From Thermodesulfobacteriota bacterium (GTDB lineage Bacteria; Desulfobacterota_D; UBA1144; Nemesobacterales; UBA2774), in NCBI GenBank assembly GCA_965223335.1, contig OZ244991.1, positions 1,376,001-1,440,000 of the forward strand: a stretch of DNA of 64,000 bases, in the 5' to 3' direction. Positions 52,630 to 63,197 of the stretch are shown piece after piece. The number at the start of each line of letters is the position of its first letter. The first letter of the stretch is position 1. The translations under genes and the position numbers were made by a program. Under the pieces are notes generated by a model. That model saw nothing but the letters and a program-made list of their open reading frames with translations, had not been told where the DNA came from and made no database searches.

Positions 52630-53754
52630 CTAGGTATCATCCGCGCTATTGATTAAGTCCATTGCCGCATCAACTACCTCATCTACCTTGATTTTCTTTA
52701 GGCACTCTACGTCGTAGGGGCAACTCGGAGTGTATCCGAATTTGGTGCAGGGACTGCAGTGGAGTTTTTTATTTATAGTGATATTTTTTTTGCCCCTGGG
52801 GGCCCATTTGGTCTCGATCCCGGCTCCGTAGAGTGATACTGTGGGTGTGCCCACGCCATAAGATATGTGCAGCAATCCCGTATCGCCTGAGATAAAGAGA
52901 TCTAGCATGGAGAGTGCGGCTGTAGTTTCCGTGAGGGAAGTTTGGCCGGCAAGGTTAATCATATTGCCGCTCTTGCATGTTTTTGCTATGAACTCTGCGT
53001 CCTTTGTGTCCCCCGGGCCGCCAACTATGACTACACCGATATCACGGGACAAGAGATCATCTGCGAGTGCTGCAAATTTTTCTTTTCCCCACCTTCTTTC
53101 TCTTACTGTCGCGCCCGAGAATATTCCGGCAACATGAGATGTCGATGTTCTAAGCTCGTTTAACCTATCTGAGATCGGTGCGGCGGATTTGGAGTCAATA
53201 TCAATGAAAGGCTCATCGAGATTACTCTCGTAGTTTTGCTCGGTAAGTACATTTACTAGATTTAGAAACGAAAAAGCTTCGTAATCGTTCTGGCTATACT
53301 CGATGGGGTGGGTAAACATTTTTTTTCTATCATTTGTAGCAAAACCGATTCTAATCGGTGCCCTATTTAAATAGCCTACTGTAGCCGAAAGCTTGTGCCA
53401 TTGCTCCGTATCTATGACTACATCGTACGGTGTTCTAATAGTGCTGATTAATTCCAGCGGGGCTCTCGAATCGTATTCGAACACATGATCTATATAGCTG
53501 CATTCCTTTAACAGGCCCGAGTTGCGTTTTTCCGCGAGCACGTCGATACGTATGTTCTCAAAGCTTTTTCTTAGGTGGCGTAACGCTGGGATTAAAAGTG
53601 CCGCATCACCTATACCGCCCGGTCTTATAACGAGTATGGAATCGGGTGTAGTGCCGGTTTGTTTGCGCGGACGCAGTAATCGGCGAACCGCACTACAGAC
53701 GGCACTGCCGATTAAACTATCGAGTTTTTTGGTGCCTTCAATCTTCCAGTTCAT
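52630..53754 (-). CDS. Glycosyltransferase family 9 (LPS heptosyltransferase-like)
   Basis: GIGD, DTGLLHI, CSPC...C motifs. Confidence 0.88.
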   Translation of the reverse strand: MNWKIEGTKKLDSLIGSAVCSAVRRLLRPRKQTGTTPDSILVIRPGGIGDAALLIPALRHLRKSFENIRIDVLAEKRNSGLLKECSYIDHVFEYDSRAPLELISTIRTPYDVVIDTEQWHKLSATVGYLNRAPIRIGFATNDRKKMFTHPIEYSQNDYEAFSFLNLVNVLTEQNYESNLDEPFIDIDSKSAAPISDRLNELRTSTSHVAGIFSGATVRERRWGKEKFAALADDLLSRDIGVVIVGGPGDTKDAEFIAKTCKSGNMINLAGQTSLTETTAALSMLDLFISGDTGLLHISYGVGTPTVSLYGAGIETKWAPRGKKNITINKKLHCSPCTKFGYTPSCPYDVECLKKIKVDEVVDAAMDLINSADDT

Positions 53755-53888
53755 CTGAGCAGGTTAGAGTCCCGCAAGCAAATGTGTTTTTTATCACTCT
53801 AATTGTATATAAAGAGAAGGTGATTACATAGTGGTTGGAAGTGTAACAACTAATAACATATACATTCTTGGGTGCGTGTATGCCTGCT

Positions 53889-54980
53889 CTATGCAACTGT
53901 GATATCTTTGCAAAGGTATACGTCCTGCACAGTGTTAAGGATCTTTACACCCTCTTTCATGGGTTTTTGAAATGATTTTCTGCCGGTTATAAGCCCCATG
54001 CCCCCGGCCCTTTTGTTGATTACTGCTGTGCGTACAGCATCGGCCAAGTCGTTTTTACCCGTGGATGCCCCACCCGAATTTATGAGCCCGGCTCTACCCA
54101 TGTAGCAGTTCACAACCTGGTAGCGTGTTAGGTCGATCGGGTGATCAGTCGTGAGTTTTGAATATACCTTGGGGTCGGTTTTTCCGAAGTTAAGTGCCGT
54201 GAATCCACCGTTATTCTCGGCCTGCTTCTGTTTTACAATATCGGCCTCGATTGTAGCGCTTATGTGGTTAGCCTGCCCTGTGAGGTCCGCCGAAACATGA
54301 TAGTCTTTGTCTTTGGTCTTAAACGCCGGGTTTCTCAAGTAGGCCCAAAGGATTGTTACAAGCCCCAGAGAGTGGGCGTAGTGGAAGGCGTCTGAGATCT
54401 CCTGGATCTGACGCGAGCTTTCCTCAGAGCCGAAATAGATCGTGGCCCCTACAGACACTGCCCCCATTTGAAACGCCTGGTCGACGTTGGCAAATAGGAT
54501 TTGATCATACGTGTTGGGATAAGTGAGTAGTTCGTTATGGTTAATCTTAACGATAAATGGGATTTTATGTGCATATATTCGGGCAACTGAGCCTAACACA
54601 CCGAGTGTCGAGGCCACAGCGTTACACCCGCCCTCAATAGCCAGTTTGACTATGTTTTCCGGGTCAAAATAGATTGGGTTTGGGGCAAACGATGCCCCTG
54701 CCGAGTGTTCAATGCCCTGGTCTACAGGGAGAATAGACAGGTACCCTGTGCCTGCGAGACGGCCTGTGTTATAGAGCAGTTGCATGTTTCTGAGCACCGA
54801 GTTGGGTCTGTCAGTGGGGGTCATGATGTCGTCTATAAATGTAGGGCTCGGGAGGTGAAGCTCCTTTTTGGGGACGGTTTTACATCTGTGATTTAAGAGG
54901 TAATCGGATTCTTTGCCTAGCAGGTTTTCAATTGCCCGGATACTACTCCCCAGCTTTTGCTTCGCCATGTTGCTATTCAC
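53889..54980 (-). CDS. fbaB: Class I fructose-bisphosphate aldolase
   Basis: [27 protein letters not shown]. Confidence 0.95.
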   Translation of the reverse strand: MNSNMAKQKLGSSIRAIENLLGKESDYLLNHRCKTVPKKELHLPSPTFIDDIMTPTDRPNSVLRNMQLLYNTGRLAGTGYLSILPVDQGIEHSAGASFAPNPIYFDPENIVKLAIEGGCNAVASTLGVLGSVARIYAHKIPFIVKINHNELLTYPNTYDQILFANVDQAFQMGAVSVGATIYFGSEESSRQIQEISDAFHYAHSLGLVTILWAYLRNPAFKTKDKDYHVSADLTGQANHISATIEADIVKQKQAENNGGFTALNFGKTDPKVYSKLTTDHPIDLTRYQVVNCYMGRAGLINSGGASTGKNDLADAVRTAVINKRAGGMGLITGRKSFQKPMKEGVKILNTVQDVYLCKDITVA

Positions 54981-55084
54981 CTCTACATTTGAATTTGATT
55001 ATTTGATTAAAGACTAACATGAATTTATATAGATAGGTAGAATGGGGTTTATACCACCCGATGTCGGTACAAATGTACTCTTGA

Positions 55085-56305
55085 TCAACTTGCTGCGACA
55101 GATATTTTTTCGTTTCTATCGTTTAGTATCGAGATACCCGGGAGTTGGGTGCCGCCTAGGAATTCGAGCAGCGCTCCCCCGCCTGTGGATATATGCGTGA
55201 TCTCTGAATCCAACACCTCGGCCTTTCTAATGGATGCGATAGTCTCTCCGCCGCCAACCACTGTGGTAGCACCACGCCATGTTGCGAGTGCAACGGCACG
55301 TGCGACCTGAGTAGTGCCTGCGGCAAAGTCATCCACCTCAAACACCCCCATAGGGCCGCTCCAGAAAATTGAGCCGTTACCCTTGATTTGGTGGTTGTAC
55401 TTAGCACTTGTGTTGGGGCCGATGTCAAAACCCTGTAGTTCGTCTGGGATCTCACCGTGGACGACCATGCAGTTCTTGCGTTTTTCAAAACCCCCGGCCA
55501 CTACATGGTCGATAGGCAAAAAGATCTTTTCTTTATAGGTCTTAAGAGACTCTCTTGCCCAGTCGATCATGTCGTTCTCGACTATGGAATTGCCTATGTT
55601 GATGCCCTGTGCTTTTAGGAACGTGTAAGCGACACCTCCGCCTAAGAGCACCTTGTCTGCTTTATCTATAAGGCTTTTTAGTGCGTGGATCTTGTCTTTT
55701 ATCTTGCCCCCGCCCACGATTACTATGAAGGGGCGGTCGGGGTTCTCGCGGATGCGGGTTAGGAACTGGAGTTCGCGGCTAACCAAAAACCCTGCTAGTC
55801 GGGTATTGAAGTACGAAGCCATCCCAAATGTAGATGCGTGCTTGCGGTGGGAGGTGCCGAATGCGTCGTTTACATATATATCGGCCAACGACGCTAGGGT
55901 TTTGGCAAACTCGGGGTCATTCTCTGTCTCTTCCTTGTGGAACCTGAGGTTCTCCAAAAGCATGACTTCCCCGTCTTTCATCTTATTTACCGCGTCTTCC
56001 ACCTCTTTGCCGACTACCTTGCCAATGAACTTAACATCACGGCTCAGGTGCTCGGATAGGCGCTTGGCTATGGGTTCGAGCGATAGGTCGGGCATGAATA
56101 TGCCCTTGGGCCGTCCCAGGTGCGAGGCCATGATTACCTTGGCGTTTCGTTCCAATAAATAGTCGATGGTTGGGATTGCTCTGCGGATTCGATAGTCTTC
56201 ACTGATCTTGCCGTCTCGAATGGGGACGTTAAAATCGAACCTGACAAATACACGTTTTCCCTCTATGGCAGAGTCAGGGAGGTCTGCAATTACCAGTTTG
56301 CTCAT
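55085..56305 (-). CDS. pgk: Phosphoglycerate kinase
   Basis: DFNVP, SHLGRP, LLENLRF, NDAFG, ISTGGGA. Confidence 0.97.
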   Translation of the reverse strand: MSKLVIADLPDSAIEGKRVFVRFDFNVPIRDGKISEDYRIRRAIPTIDYLLERNAKVIMASHLGRPKGIFMPDLSLEPIAKRLSEHLSRDVKFIGKVVGKEVEDAVNKMKDGEVMLLENLRFHKEETENDPEFAKTLASLADIYVNDAFGTSHRKHASTFGMASYFNTRLAGFLVSRELQFLTRIRENPDRPFIVIVGGGKIKDKIHALKSLIDKADKVLLGGGVAYTFLKAQGINIGNSIVENDMIDWARESLKTYKEKIFLPIDHVVAGGFEKRKNCMVVHGEIPDELQGFDIGPNTSAKYNHQIKGNGSIFWSGPMGVFEVDDFAAGTTQVARAVALATWRGATTVVGGGETIASIRKAEVLDSEITHISTGGGALLEFLGGTQLPGISILNDRNEKISVAAS

Positions 56306-57312
56306 GAGTTCTTGGCTCCGATTATTTGTATGAGATCCACTACTCTAGAGGAGTATCCATACTCATTATCGTACCAAGCAATGACCTTTACCAGATCACC
56401 GTCCACAACGGATGTGAATGCCGAGTCGAATATGGCCGAGTGCTCATCCCCTATAAAATCGGAGGATACCAACTCTTCATCTACATAGCGTAAGTAGCCT
56501 TTAAGTTCTTTATCGGCGGCATTCTTAAATGCGGAATTAACCTCTTCAATACTAGTCTCTTTTCCCACCTCACAGGTGAAATCAACAACTGAGACATCAG
56601 CGGTGGGCACCCTCATTGCTACGGCACTTATTTTGCCTTTTAGTTCGGGGAAGATTAACTGTATTGCACTGGCAGCACCGGTGCTTGTGGGGATGATAGA
56701 CAGTGCCGCGGCCCGTGCACGCCTAAGGTCTTTGTGCGGGGCGTCCAGAATCCGCTGGTCATTTGTGTAGGAATGCACAGTGGTCATATCGCCTCTTTTA
56801 ATAGAGAAGTTCTCGTGCAGCACCTTTACAATCATTGCAAAACAGTTCGTAGTGCACGAGGCGTTGGATATTACATTGTGTTTTTCGTGGTCGTAGCTGC
56901 TGTCGTTAACACCCAATACAGTAGTGAGGTCGACCTCACCCTTTGCGGGTGCTGTTATTAATACTTTTTTTACAGTTTCTCCCATGTGGGCCGAGGCTGC
57001 CTCTTGGGTCCTAAAAACCCCGCTTGCATCAGCTACAAGCTCGGCACCTACGTCCTGCCATGGGATGTCTGAAGGGTTTCGCTCGGAAAATATTCTGATA
57101 GCCTTTCCATCCACTATCATGTGACCGTTCTCGCATTTGACCTCACCAGGATACGGCCTAAAAATCGAGTCGTATTTAAAAAGGTGAGCAAGTGTATGTG
57201 AATCGGAAATATCATTAATTCCAACGAATTCTATGTCATTTCTGTCAAGTCCTATGCGCAGAATATGCCTTCCGATTCTTCCGAATCCGTTGATACCTAC
57301 TTTTATTGACAT
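56302..57312 (-). CDS. gap: Type I glyceraldehyde-3-phosphate dehydrogenase
   Basis: INGFGRIGR, ASCTTNC, WYDNE. Confidence 0.97.
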   Translation of the reverse strand: MSIKVGINGFGRIGRHILRIGLDRNDIEFVGINDISDSHTLAHLFKYDSIFRPYPGEVKCENGHMIVDGKAIRIFSERNPSDIPWQDVGAELVADASGVFRTQEAASAHMGETVKKVLITAPAKGEVDLTTVLGVNDSSYDHEKHNVISNASCTTNCFAMIVKVLHENFSIKRGDMTTVHSYTNDQRILDAPHKDLRRARAAALSIIPTSTGAASAIQLIFPELKGKISAVAMRVPTADVSVVDFTCEVGKETSIEEVNSAFKNAADKELKGYLRYVDEELVSSDFIGDEHSAIFDSAFTSVVDGDLVKVIAWYDNEYGYSSRVVDLIQIIGAKNS

Positions 57313-57499
57313 GGGGGAATTCCTCCGAAAGACCTAAAATATGATTGTTTTGCCCGAGCCCCAAAACACTAAAAAACTACCTTTTACACATGAGCGAGTC
57401 AAGATTTGTTCCCTTCAAGCGGTTTATTCGATATATTATTTAGTTTTCAGATATTATATCGGGCTAGAGCATAAAATACCGAGAATAAAGAGTGTTTAT

Positions 57500-58540
57500 A
57501 TGGATACGAAAAAGATTGCGGTGCTGGGTGCAAGCGGTTATACGGGTGCAGAGCTACTAAGGGGGCTCCTCGAGCATCCCAATGTCGAGGTAACCCATGT
57601 TACAGCCGACAGGCATGCCGGTCGAGCTGTATCCGATGTGTTCCCCCATCTAAAAGGACTCATTGATCTAGAGTTGGTCAAACTCTCGGCCTCAACCGTC
57701 CCCGACAACATAGACATTGTTTTTGCGGCTTTGCCGCATGGGGCTTCCGGGGAGGTGATCGCTGAGCTTTACAAAAGAGAGCTGAAAATAATCGACCTGG
57801 GTGCCGATTTTAGACTTAGCCTGGATAACTACAAAATATGGTACGGTGAGCATCCCTGCCCCGAGCTCATAGATGAAGCGGTGTATGGTATAACTGAGCT
57901 TTCGAGGGACGAGATTGCGGATGCAAAGCTGGTTGCAAACCCTGGCTGTTACCCCACCTCTGCCATTCTAGGTTTAGCACCATTACTTAGCGACGGGCTC
58001 ATAGAGGAGGATTCGATAATTATAGATTCCAAGTCGGGAGTGTCCGGAGCGGGGAGGTCGCCTTCGCTTGATTATCACTTCTCTGAGGTAAACGAGGGGC
58101 TAAGGGCTTATAAGATCGGTGAGCATCGCCACACACCCGAGATTGAAGAGGCGCTATCCAACCATTCGGGGCTCGATGTGGGCATCACTTTTACCCCGCA
58201 CCTAATACCTATGGACAGGGGTATACTCTCTACCATCTATGCCAGAATGAAAGACACCCGGTCCACGGGCGAAATGCTGAGCCTCTACAAATCATTTTAT
58301 AGTGGCGAGGCATTCGTCAGGGTTTCGGATGAGGGTGCCTATCCCTCTACCTCGCAGGTAAAAGGCTCTAACTTCACAGACATTGGTGTAAAGGTAAACA
58401 CCGAGGCGGGCATAGCTGTGATTGTATCGGTGCTTGATAACCTGGTAAAGGGAGCTTCCGGACAGGCAATCCAAAACATGAACATCATGATGGGATGGGA
58501 AGAAACCACAGGCATCTCAAACGCCCCGATGTTCCCTTAG
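57500..58540 (+). CDS. argC: N-acetyl-gamma-glutamyl-phosphate reductase
   Basis: GASGYTG, NPGCY, SGVSGAG, DNLVKGASGQA; start ATG 57500. Confidence 0.96.
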   Translation: MDTKKIAVLGASGYTGAELLRGLLEHPNVEVTHVTADRHAGRAVSDVFPHLKGLIDLELVKLSASTVPDNIDIVFAALPHGASGEVIAELYKRELKIIDLGADFRLSLDNYKIWYGEHPCPELIDEAVYGITELSRDEIADAKLVANPGCYPTSAILGLAPLLSDGLIEEDSIIIDSKSGVSGAGRSPSLDYHFSEVNEGLRAYKIGEHRHTPEIEEALSNHSGLDVGITFTPHLIPMDRGILSTIYARMKDTRSTGEMLSLYKSFYSGEAFVRVSDEGAYPSTSQVKGSNFTDIGVKVNTEAGIAVIVSVLDNLVKGASGQAIQNMNIMMGWEETTGISNAPMFP

Positions 58541-58563
58541 ACCCATATCCTACGCTTGTGTAT

Positions 58564-59721
58564 TTAAACGTTTCTTATTCTATTGACCACGGTACTAAGC
58601 GATTGCAACAGAGCTTTGGTGTCTTCATTTGTTGTGTACTTGCCAAGACTTATCCTTATGGAAGAGGAGGCTTCCTTGCTGCTTAACCCCATGGCGCGTA
58701 AAACATGGGAGGGTTCTATGTTGCCTTCCGAGCATGCCGACCCGGTGGATATTGCTATGCCATCCAAATCAAGGTTCATCACAATGGAATCTCCCGAAAC
58801 CCCTTCGATCCCGATGTTTAATGTGTTGGGCAAAGAGTTATCGGGGTCACCGTTTACGGATACCCCCTCTATGTTCTCCCGTATCGATTGCAAAAGCTCG
58901 TCTCTAAGCAATTTAATTCTGGCGCTGTCCTCAGGGGACTCGGACCCTGCAATCTCGCATGCTTTACCGAATCCGACTATGGCCCCGACGTTTTCGGTCC
59001 CCGACCGCATCCCCCTTTCCTGCCCACCGCCGTAAAGTGTAGGGGCAAACGAGCGGTTTTTTAGGGGGCCTCCCCGAATGTAGAGTGCGCCTGTGCCTTT
59101 GGGGCCGTAAAACTTGTGTGATGATATAGAGAGCGTATCGACACCTAGGTCGTTAATATTGATTGCAATTTTTCCGGAAGCCTGTACCGAGTCCGAGTGA
59201 AAAGTGATTCCATGGTTATTAGCTATTCCTGCAATCTCTTTTAGAGGTGTGATTGTTCCTGTCTCATTATTGGCATACATAGTGCTTATAAGTACTGTGC
59301 TCTCTCTTATGTTCTCTTTAAGCTCTTCGATATTGGGTGTCCCACCGGAGTCGACACCCAGATACGTAACCTCATACCCCGTTTTTTCGAGCTGCATAAC
59401 GGGCATTAGTACGGATTCGTGCTCGGTCTTGGTTGTGATTATGTGTTTTGGGGATTTTGGATCGCGCTCGTTTGTAGTCCCGAATATAGCCAGATTATTG
59501 GCCTCTGTGCCCCCGGATGTAAACACGATCTCGTTTGGGGAGGCACCGAGAAATTCTGCTACCTGCTCGCGGGCCTTATCCAGCGCCGCCTTGGCATTGC
59601 TGCCGTAGGAGTGCACGCTTGAGGGATTGCCGAACTCTTTGGAAAAGTAGGGCAGCATCGCGTTTAACACCCTCTCGTCAACCGGCGTGGTGGAGTTATA
59701 GTCCAGGTAGATTCTATTCAT
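58564..59721 (-). CDS. Cysteine desulfurase (IscS/NifS group I)
   Basis: YLDYNSTT, GNPSS, SSHKFYGPKG, STGSAC. Confidence 0.93.
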   Translation of the reverse strand: MNRIYLDYNSTTPVDERVLNAMLPYFSKEFGNPSSVHSYGSNAKAALDKAREQVAEFLGASPNEIVFTSGGTEANNLAIFGTTNERDPKSPKHIITTKTEHESVLMPVMQLEKTGYEVTYLGVDSGGTPNIEELKENIRESTVLISTMYANNETGTITPLKEIAGIANNHGITFHSDSVQASGKIAININDLGVDTLSISSHKFYGPKGTGALYIRGGPLKNRSFAPTLYGGGQERGMRSGTENVGAIVGFGKACEIAGSESPEDSARIKLLRDELLQSIRENIEGVSVNGDPDNSLPNTLNIGIEGVSGDSIVMNLDLDGIAISTGSACSEGNIEPSHVLRAMGLSSKEASSSIRISLGKYTTNEDTKALLQSLSTVVNRIRNV

Positions 59722-59752
59722 TATGACTTTAGGTGACAATGCCCTGTGTTTA

Positions 59753-60433
59753 TTAAATATCCGGTCTATCGGTAACTATCCCGTCTGCGCCCAGTTCTTT
59801 TAACCTGTAAGCCTTTGTGGGGCTGTTTACCTTCCATGTTAATAAATATAGATCGTTCTCGTGAGCCTTTGTGACTAGTGAGGAAGTTATGAACCAGTGG
59901 AGCGGTGCTACGGCGTCTACTCCGTATTCGAGTGCCTGCACCACAGCATTATAGGAGGTAAGGCATATGAGCCCGGTTCTAAGCCCCGGTTCATACTCTT
60001 TTATGAGTTTAAGTCTCCGTGGTTTGAACGATACAATAAAACAGTCCTCAGTGACCTTATGGTCTCTAATAGTTTTTACAATGTCTTCTTCAATCCCGTC
60101 CTCTTTTAACTCTATGACGTACATGCTCTTATTTTTTATACACTCGATGGCCTCGTTGAATGACGGTATTTTTTCTCCTAGCCCCGCATCTAAGGTTTTT
60201 AACTCTTCTAATGTCTTAGATGCTACGAGACCTTTACCGCTGGTGGTTCTGTCAACGGTCTTGTCGTGGATTACAACAAGTTCTTGGTCCATGGAGCGTC
60301 TTACATCGAACTCTATCATATCGGTTTTCATCTCAATCGCCCTTTCGAACGACCGAATTGTGTTCTCGGGTTCGTAAGCGCTTGCTCCTCGGTGGGCTAT
60401 TTTTACAAACAAATCAGCTCGGTCTCTATCCAT
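59753..60433 (-). CDS. Glycerophosphodiester phosphodiesterase
   Basis: AHRGAS..PENT, EFDV, IHD, IVTDRP. Confidence 0.92.
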   Translation of the reverse strand: MDRDRADLFVKIAHRGASAYEPENTIRSFERAIEMKTDMIEFDVRRSMDQELVVIHDKTVDRTTSGKGLVASKTLEELKTLDAGLGEKIPSFNEAIECIKNKSMYVIELKEDGIEEDIVKTIRDHKVTEDCFIVSFKPRRLKLIKEYEPGLRTGLICLTSYNAVVQALEYGVDAVAPLHWFITSSLVTKAHENDLYLLTWKVNSPTKAYRLKELGADGIVTDRPDI

Positions 60434-60501
60434 ATTTAAAAATATACATGATATATGCATTCCTTTGATATAATTGATAAAAATAGTAGAATGGTAGCCT
60501 T

Positions 60502-61386
60502 ATGAGGCGATTGGTTAAGGACCTTGTTCAAGTACTACGACCCGAGCAATGGCTTAAAAATCTGCTGGTCATAGCACCCCCGTTTTTCGGTGGGGTCGTG
60601 TTTTCGAGCGCAGAGATGGTTGTTACTATGCTGCTTGCTTTCGTTGCGTTCTCTCTTGCGTCCTCGACCGGTTACACGATAAACGACATTTCGGACATCG
60701 AATCGGATTCAGTGCACCCGAAAAAGCGGCTTCGCCCCATAGCAGCGGGCAGGGTTAGTGTGGGGACCGCTTACACACTCGCAGTGATAACGTTGCTCTT
60801 GTCGCTCGGCGTCTCTTATTACATAGGACTGCCGTTTCTAATAATCATAGTTGTTTACTTGCTGCTCAGTTTTTCTTATTCCTATTACTTCGAACGCATA
60901 GTGATACTCGATGTGTTTATTATCGCTCTTGGGTTTGTGCTTAGGATCGAGGCGGGGGGAGTGGCGTCGGGTGTAGGGGTGTCGAGCTGGCTCTTGCTGA
61001 CTACGTTTTTGCTCTCACTGTTGCTTGCGTTTGGCAAACGACGCTACGAGATGGTGCTCTATAGAAGCGGCGAGGGTGGGTTTAGAGAGGTGCTCGGTGC
61101 TTATAGAGAGAATTTCTTGGACACAGCTATAAGCATATTTGCTACAACTGCTATTGTTACATACTCGATCTATGCGGTGGACATTGCGTCCAGGGCCTTT
61201 TTACTCACCGTGCCCTTTGTGTGCTTTGGGGTGCTAAGGTACATGTACCTGGTACAGACCGATACCAGCGGTGATCCCACAGAGTCTCTGCTTAGGGATC
61301 GCTGGCTTTTTCTCTGTGTATTTGTGTGGCTGCTACTCACCGGGTTTATCATCTATTACGAGAATGTTCTGGGCCTCTTTAAGTAA
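60502..61386 (+). CDS. UbiA-family prenyltransferase, decaprenyl-phosphate phosphoribosyltransferase-like
   Basis: RPEQWLKN, ND..D...D..HP.K..RP.A.G, KRRYE, GDPT. Confidence 0.85.
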   Translation: MRRLVKDLVQVLRPEQWLKNLLVIAPPFFGGVVFSSAEMVVTMLLAFVAFSLASSTGYTINDISDIESDSVHPKKRLRPIAAGRVSVGTAYTLAVITLLLSLGVSYYIGLPFLIIIVVYLLLSFSYSYYFERIVILDVFIIALGFVLRIEAGGVASGVGVSSWLLLTTFLLSLLLAFGKRRYEMVLYRSGEGGFREVLGAYRENFLDTAISIFATTAIVTYSIYAVDIASRAFLLTVPFVCFGVLRYMYLVQTDTSGDPTESLLRDRWLFLCVFVWLLLTGFIIYYENVLGLFK

Positions 61387-63096
61387 TTTCGTCTCTAAAC
61401 CGCTTTCGACAGCTATCCGTGCCTGAGCTTTTGCTTTCTCTGGGTATCCCATTTTTACATATACCTTTGCCAAGAGTAGATTTGCTCGTGGATAGGTGCT
61501 GTAGATTTCCAGAGTTTTAATTAAGTTGCTCTCTGCTTTTTTATAGTAATTATTGTCTCGGGTCATGTCGGCTTTGATGAAGTTAATGAGTCCCAGGTGG
61601 TAGTAGGTACGACCGTAACTCGGGTCGTATTCCTTTGCCCTGACGAACCACTTCTCGGCTAGGGGGAAGTTTGCGGTCTCTAGGTGTACTAGGCCTATGT
61701 TGTTGGACGTCATGGCTTTGCCCTTAGGGGTGTCGTTAAGCTCGGGGCTAAGCGCTTTATGGAGATAACGCAATGCCCCATCGTAATCACCCTCTATTAG
61801 AAGAGCACGGCCATGGTTGTTAAGCGGTAGGGGGTGGGTGGGGGATTTCTTAACAGTGTCTGCCCAGAGGCTAAGATCGTTTGTCCAGACGGCCTGGCGC
61901 TCGATTGTAAAAAAAGTGTAGGCCGCTATCAGAATAGCTGCAAAGAGTGCAGCCGGGATTGTTAGCCCATTGGTGCCGTTTGCCCTTACGATCAAGTATC
62001 CCATCAACAGACAGTAGCCGGCCGAGGGCAAAAACAAGTACCTTTCCGCATATGGGGTTGCTGCAATATTAAAGACCGTGAGTGCGAGTGCGGGCATAAG
62101 TGTTGCAGTGACCCATAGTACGCAAAACGCCGTTACATTCTCTCTACGAGCTACGGATATAATGAAAGCGAACAATAAAAATATAGAGACAACGAGCGAG
62201 CCCAGAAATTTAGCGCTTGAAATCGGAATACCTGTGATAAAGGCATTGAAATCAAAGGGTAGGGTGAGCTTGCTGATATAAAATAGATAAGTAGTAAAGA
62301 TGGTTTTTATAATCTGCCATATGGAGTCTGTTGTTGCGGGCGAGTCCGTAAACAGGTTCCCACTCGGACCGGAAATAGTTATATGTCCCATTCCCCTTAG
62401 GTAATAGTAGATTATCAAAATAGCTACGTAGACTGCGTAGCGGGGGATACTGTTTCGAAAATTCGATCTGTGAAAGATTAGGTCATAACCCAGTACCAAT
62501 GCCGGGAACACTACTGCCACCTCTTTAGATAGAAGCGCAAGAATAAAACTAAGCCCGGCAAAAACTACAAGCCACAATCGGGATTCTGCACGCAGATGAA
62601 ATATGATTGCGGATAGTAAAAACAGACACGCCAGAATATCCGTCCTTCCAACTACCCACGAGACCGTCTCCACATGCATCGGATACACAGCAAAGAGCAA
62701 TGCGGACAATAATGCTGTTGTGTCACCGGAACCGACTTGCGAACGGCTTATAATAATGAGTGCGATTAGATAGAACAGGATCACTGTTATTGCGTATAAT
62801 ATGTTGTTGCTTAGGTGGTACCCGGAGGGTGAGCCGCCCCATAAGTACTTATCCAATACAATAGAGGCGTAGAAAAGCGGTCTCCAATATCTTGCTTGAC
62901 TGTTAGTCTCGGTATACGGCAATGCAATCTGTTTTAGGTTGGATGAGCCGAGTGAGTGGACTGATTTTTGTATTGATTCGATATCGTCCCATACAAACTC
63001 GTTTGTAAGTGAAGGGGAATACACAATGATTGTGAAAACAAAAAGGCAGAGCGCAATTAAAGGTCGATTCTTAAGTACTTGTGCAGAAATCCCCAT
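61333..63096 (-). CDS. GT-C fold TMTC-like glycosyltransferase with C-terminal TPRs
   Basis: FVWDD, YWRPL, P.HVE.V.W..GR.D, LSKE, AERYLFLPS, TPR tail. Confidence 0.8.
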   Translation of the reverse strand: MGISAQVLKNRPLIALCLFVFTIIVYSPSLTNEFVWDDIESIQKSVHSLGSSNLKQIALPYTETNSQARYWRPLFYASIVLDKYLWGGSPSGYHLSNNILYAITVILFYLIALIIISRSQVGSGDTTALLSALLFAVYPMHVETVSWVVGRTDILACLFLLSAIIFHLRAESRLWLVVFAGLSFILALLSKEVAVVFPALVLGYDLIFHRSNFRNSIPRYAVYVAILIIYYYLRGMGHITISGPSGNLFTDSPATTDSIWQIIKTIFTTYLFYISKLTLPFDFNAFITGIPISSAKFLGSLVVSIFLLFAFIISVARRENVTAFCVLWVTATLMPALALTVFNIAATPYAERYLFLPSAGYCLLMGYLIVRANGTNGLTIPAALFAAILIAAYTFFTIERQAVWTNDLSLWADTVKKSPTHPLPLNNHGRALLIEGDYDGALRYLHKALSPELNDTPKGKAMTSNNIGLVHLETANFPLAEKWFVRAKEYDPSYGRTYYHLGLINFIKADMTRDNNYYKKAESNLIKTLEIYSTYPRANLLLAKVYVKMGYPEKAKAQARIAVESGLETKLLKEAQNILVIDDKPGE

Positions 63097-63197
63097 CTGT
63101 ACTCCCTAGCCCCCCCAAATACCGGTTTAAGCAATGAAATGTTTACATATCACAAAAGTAGTATGAGCATTGTTGTGGATAACTTCCTGGTTGCTAT

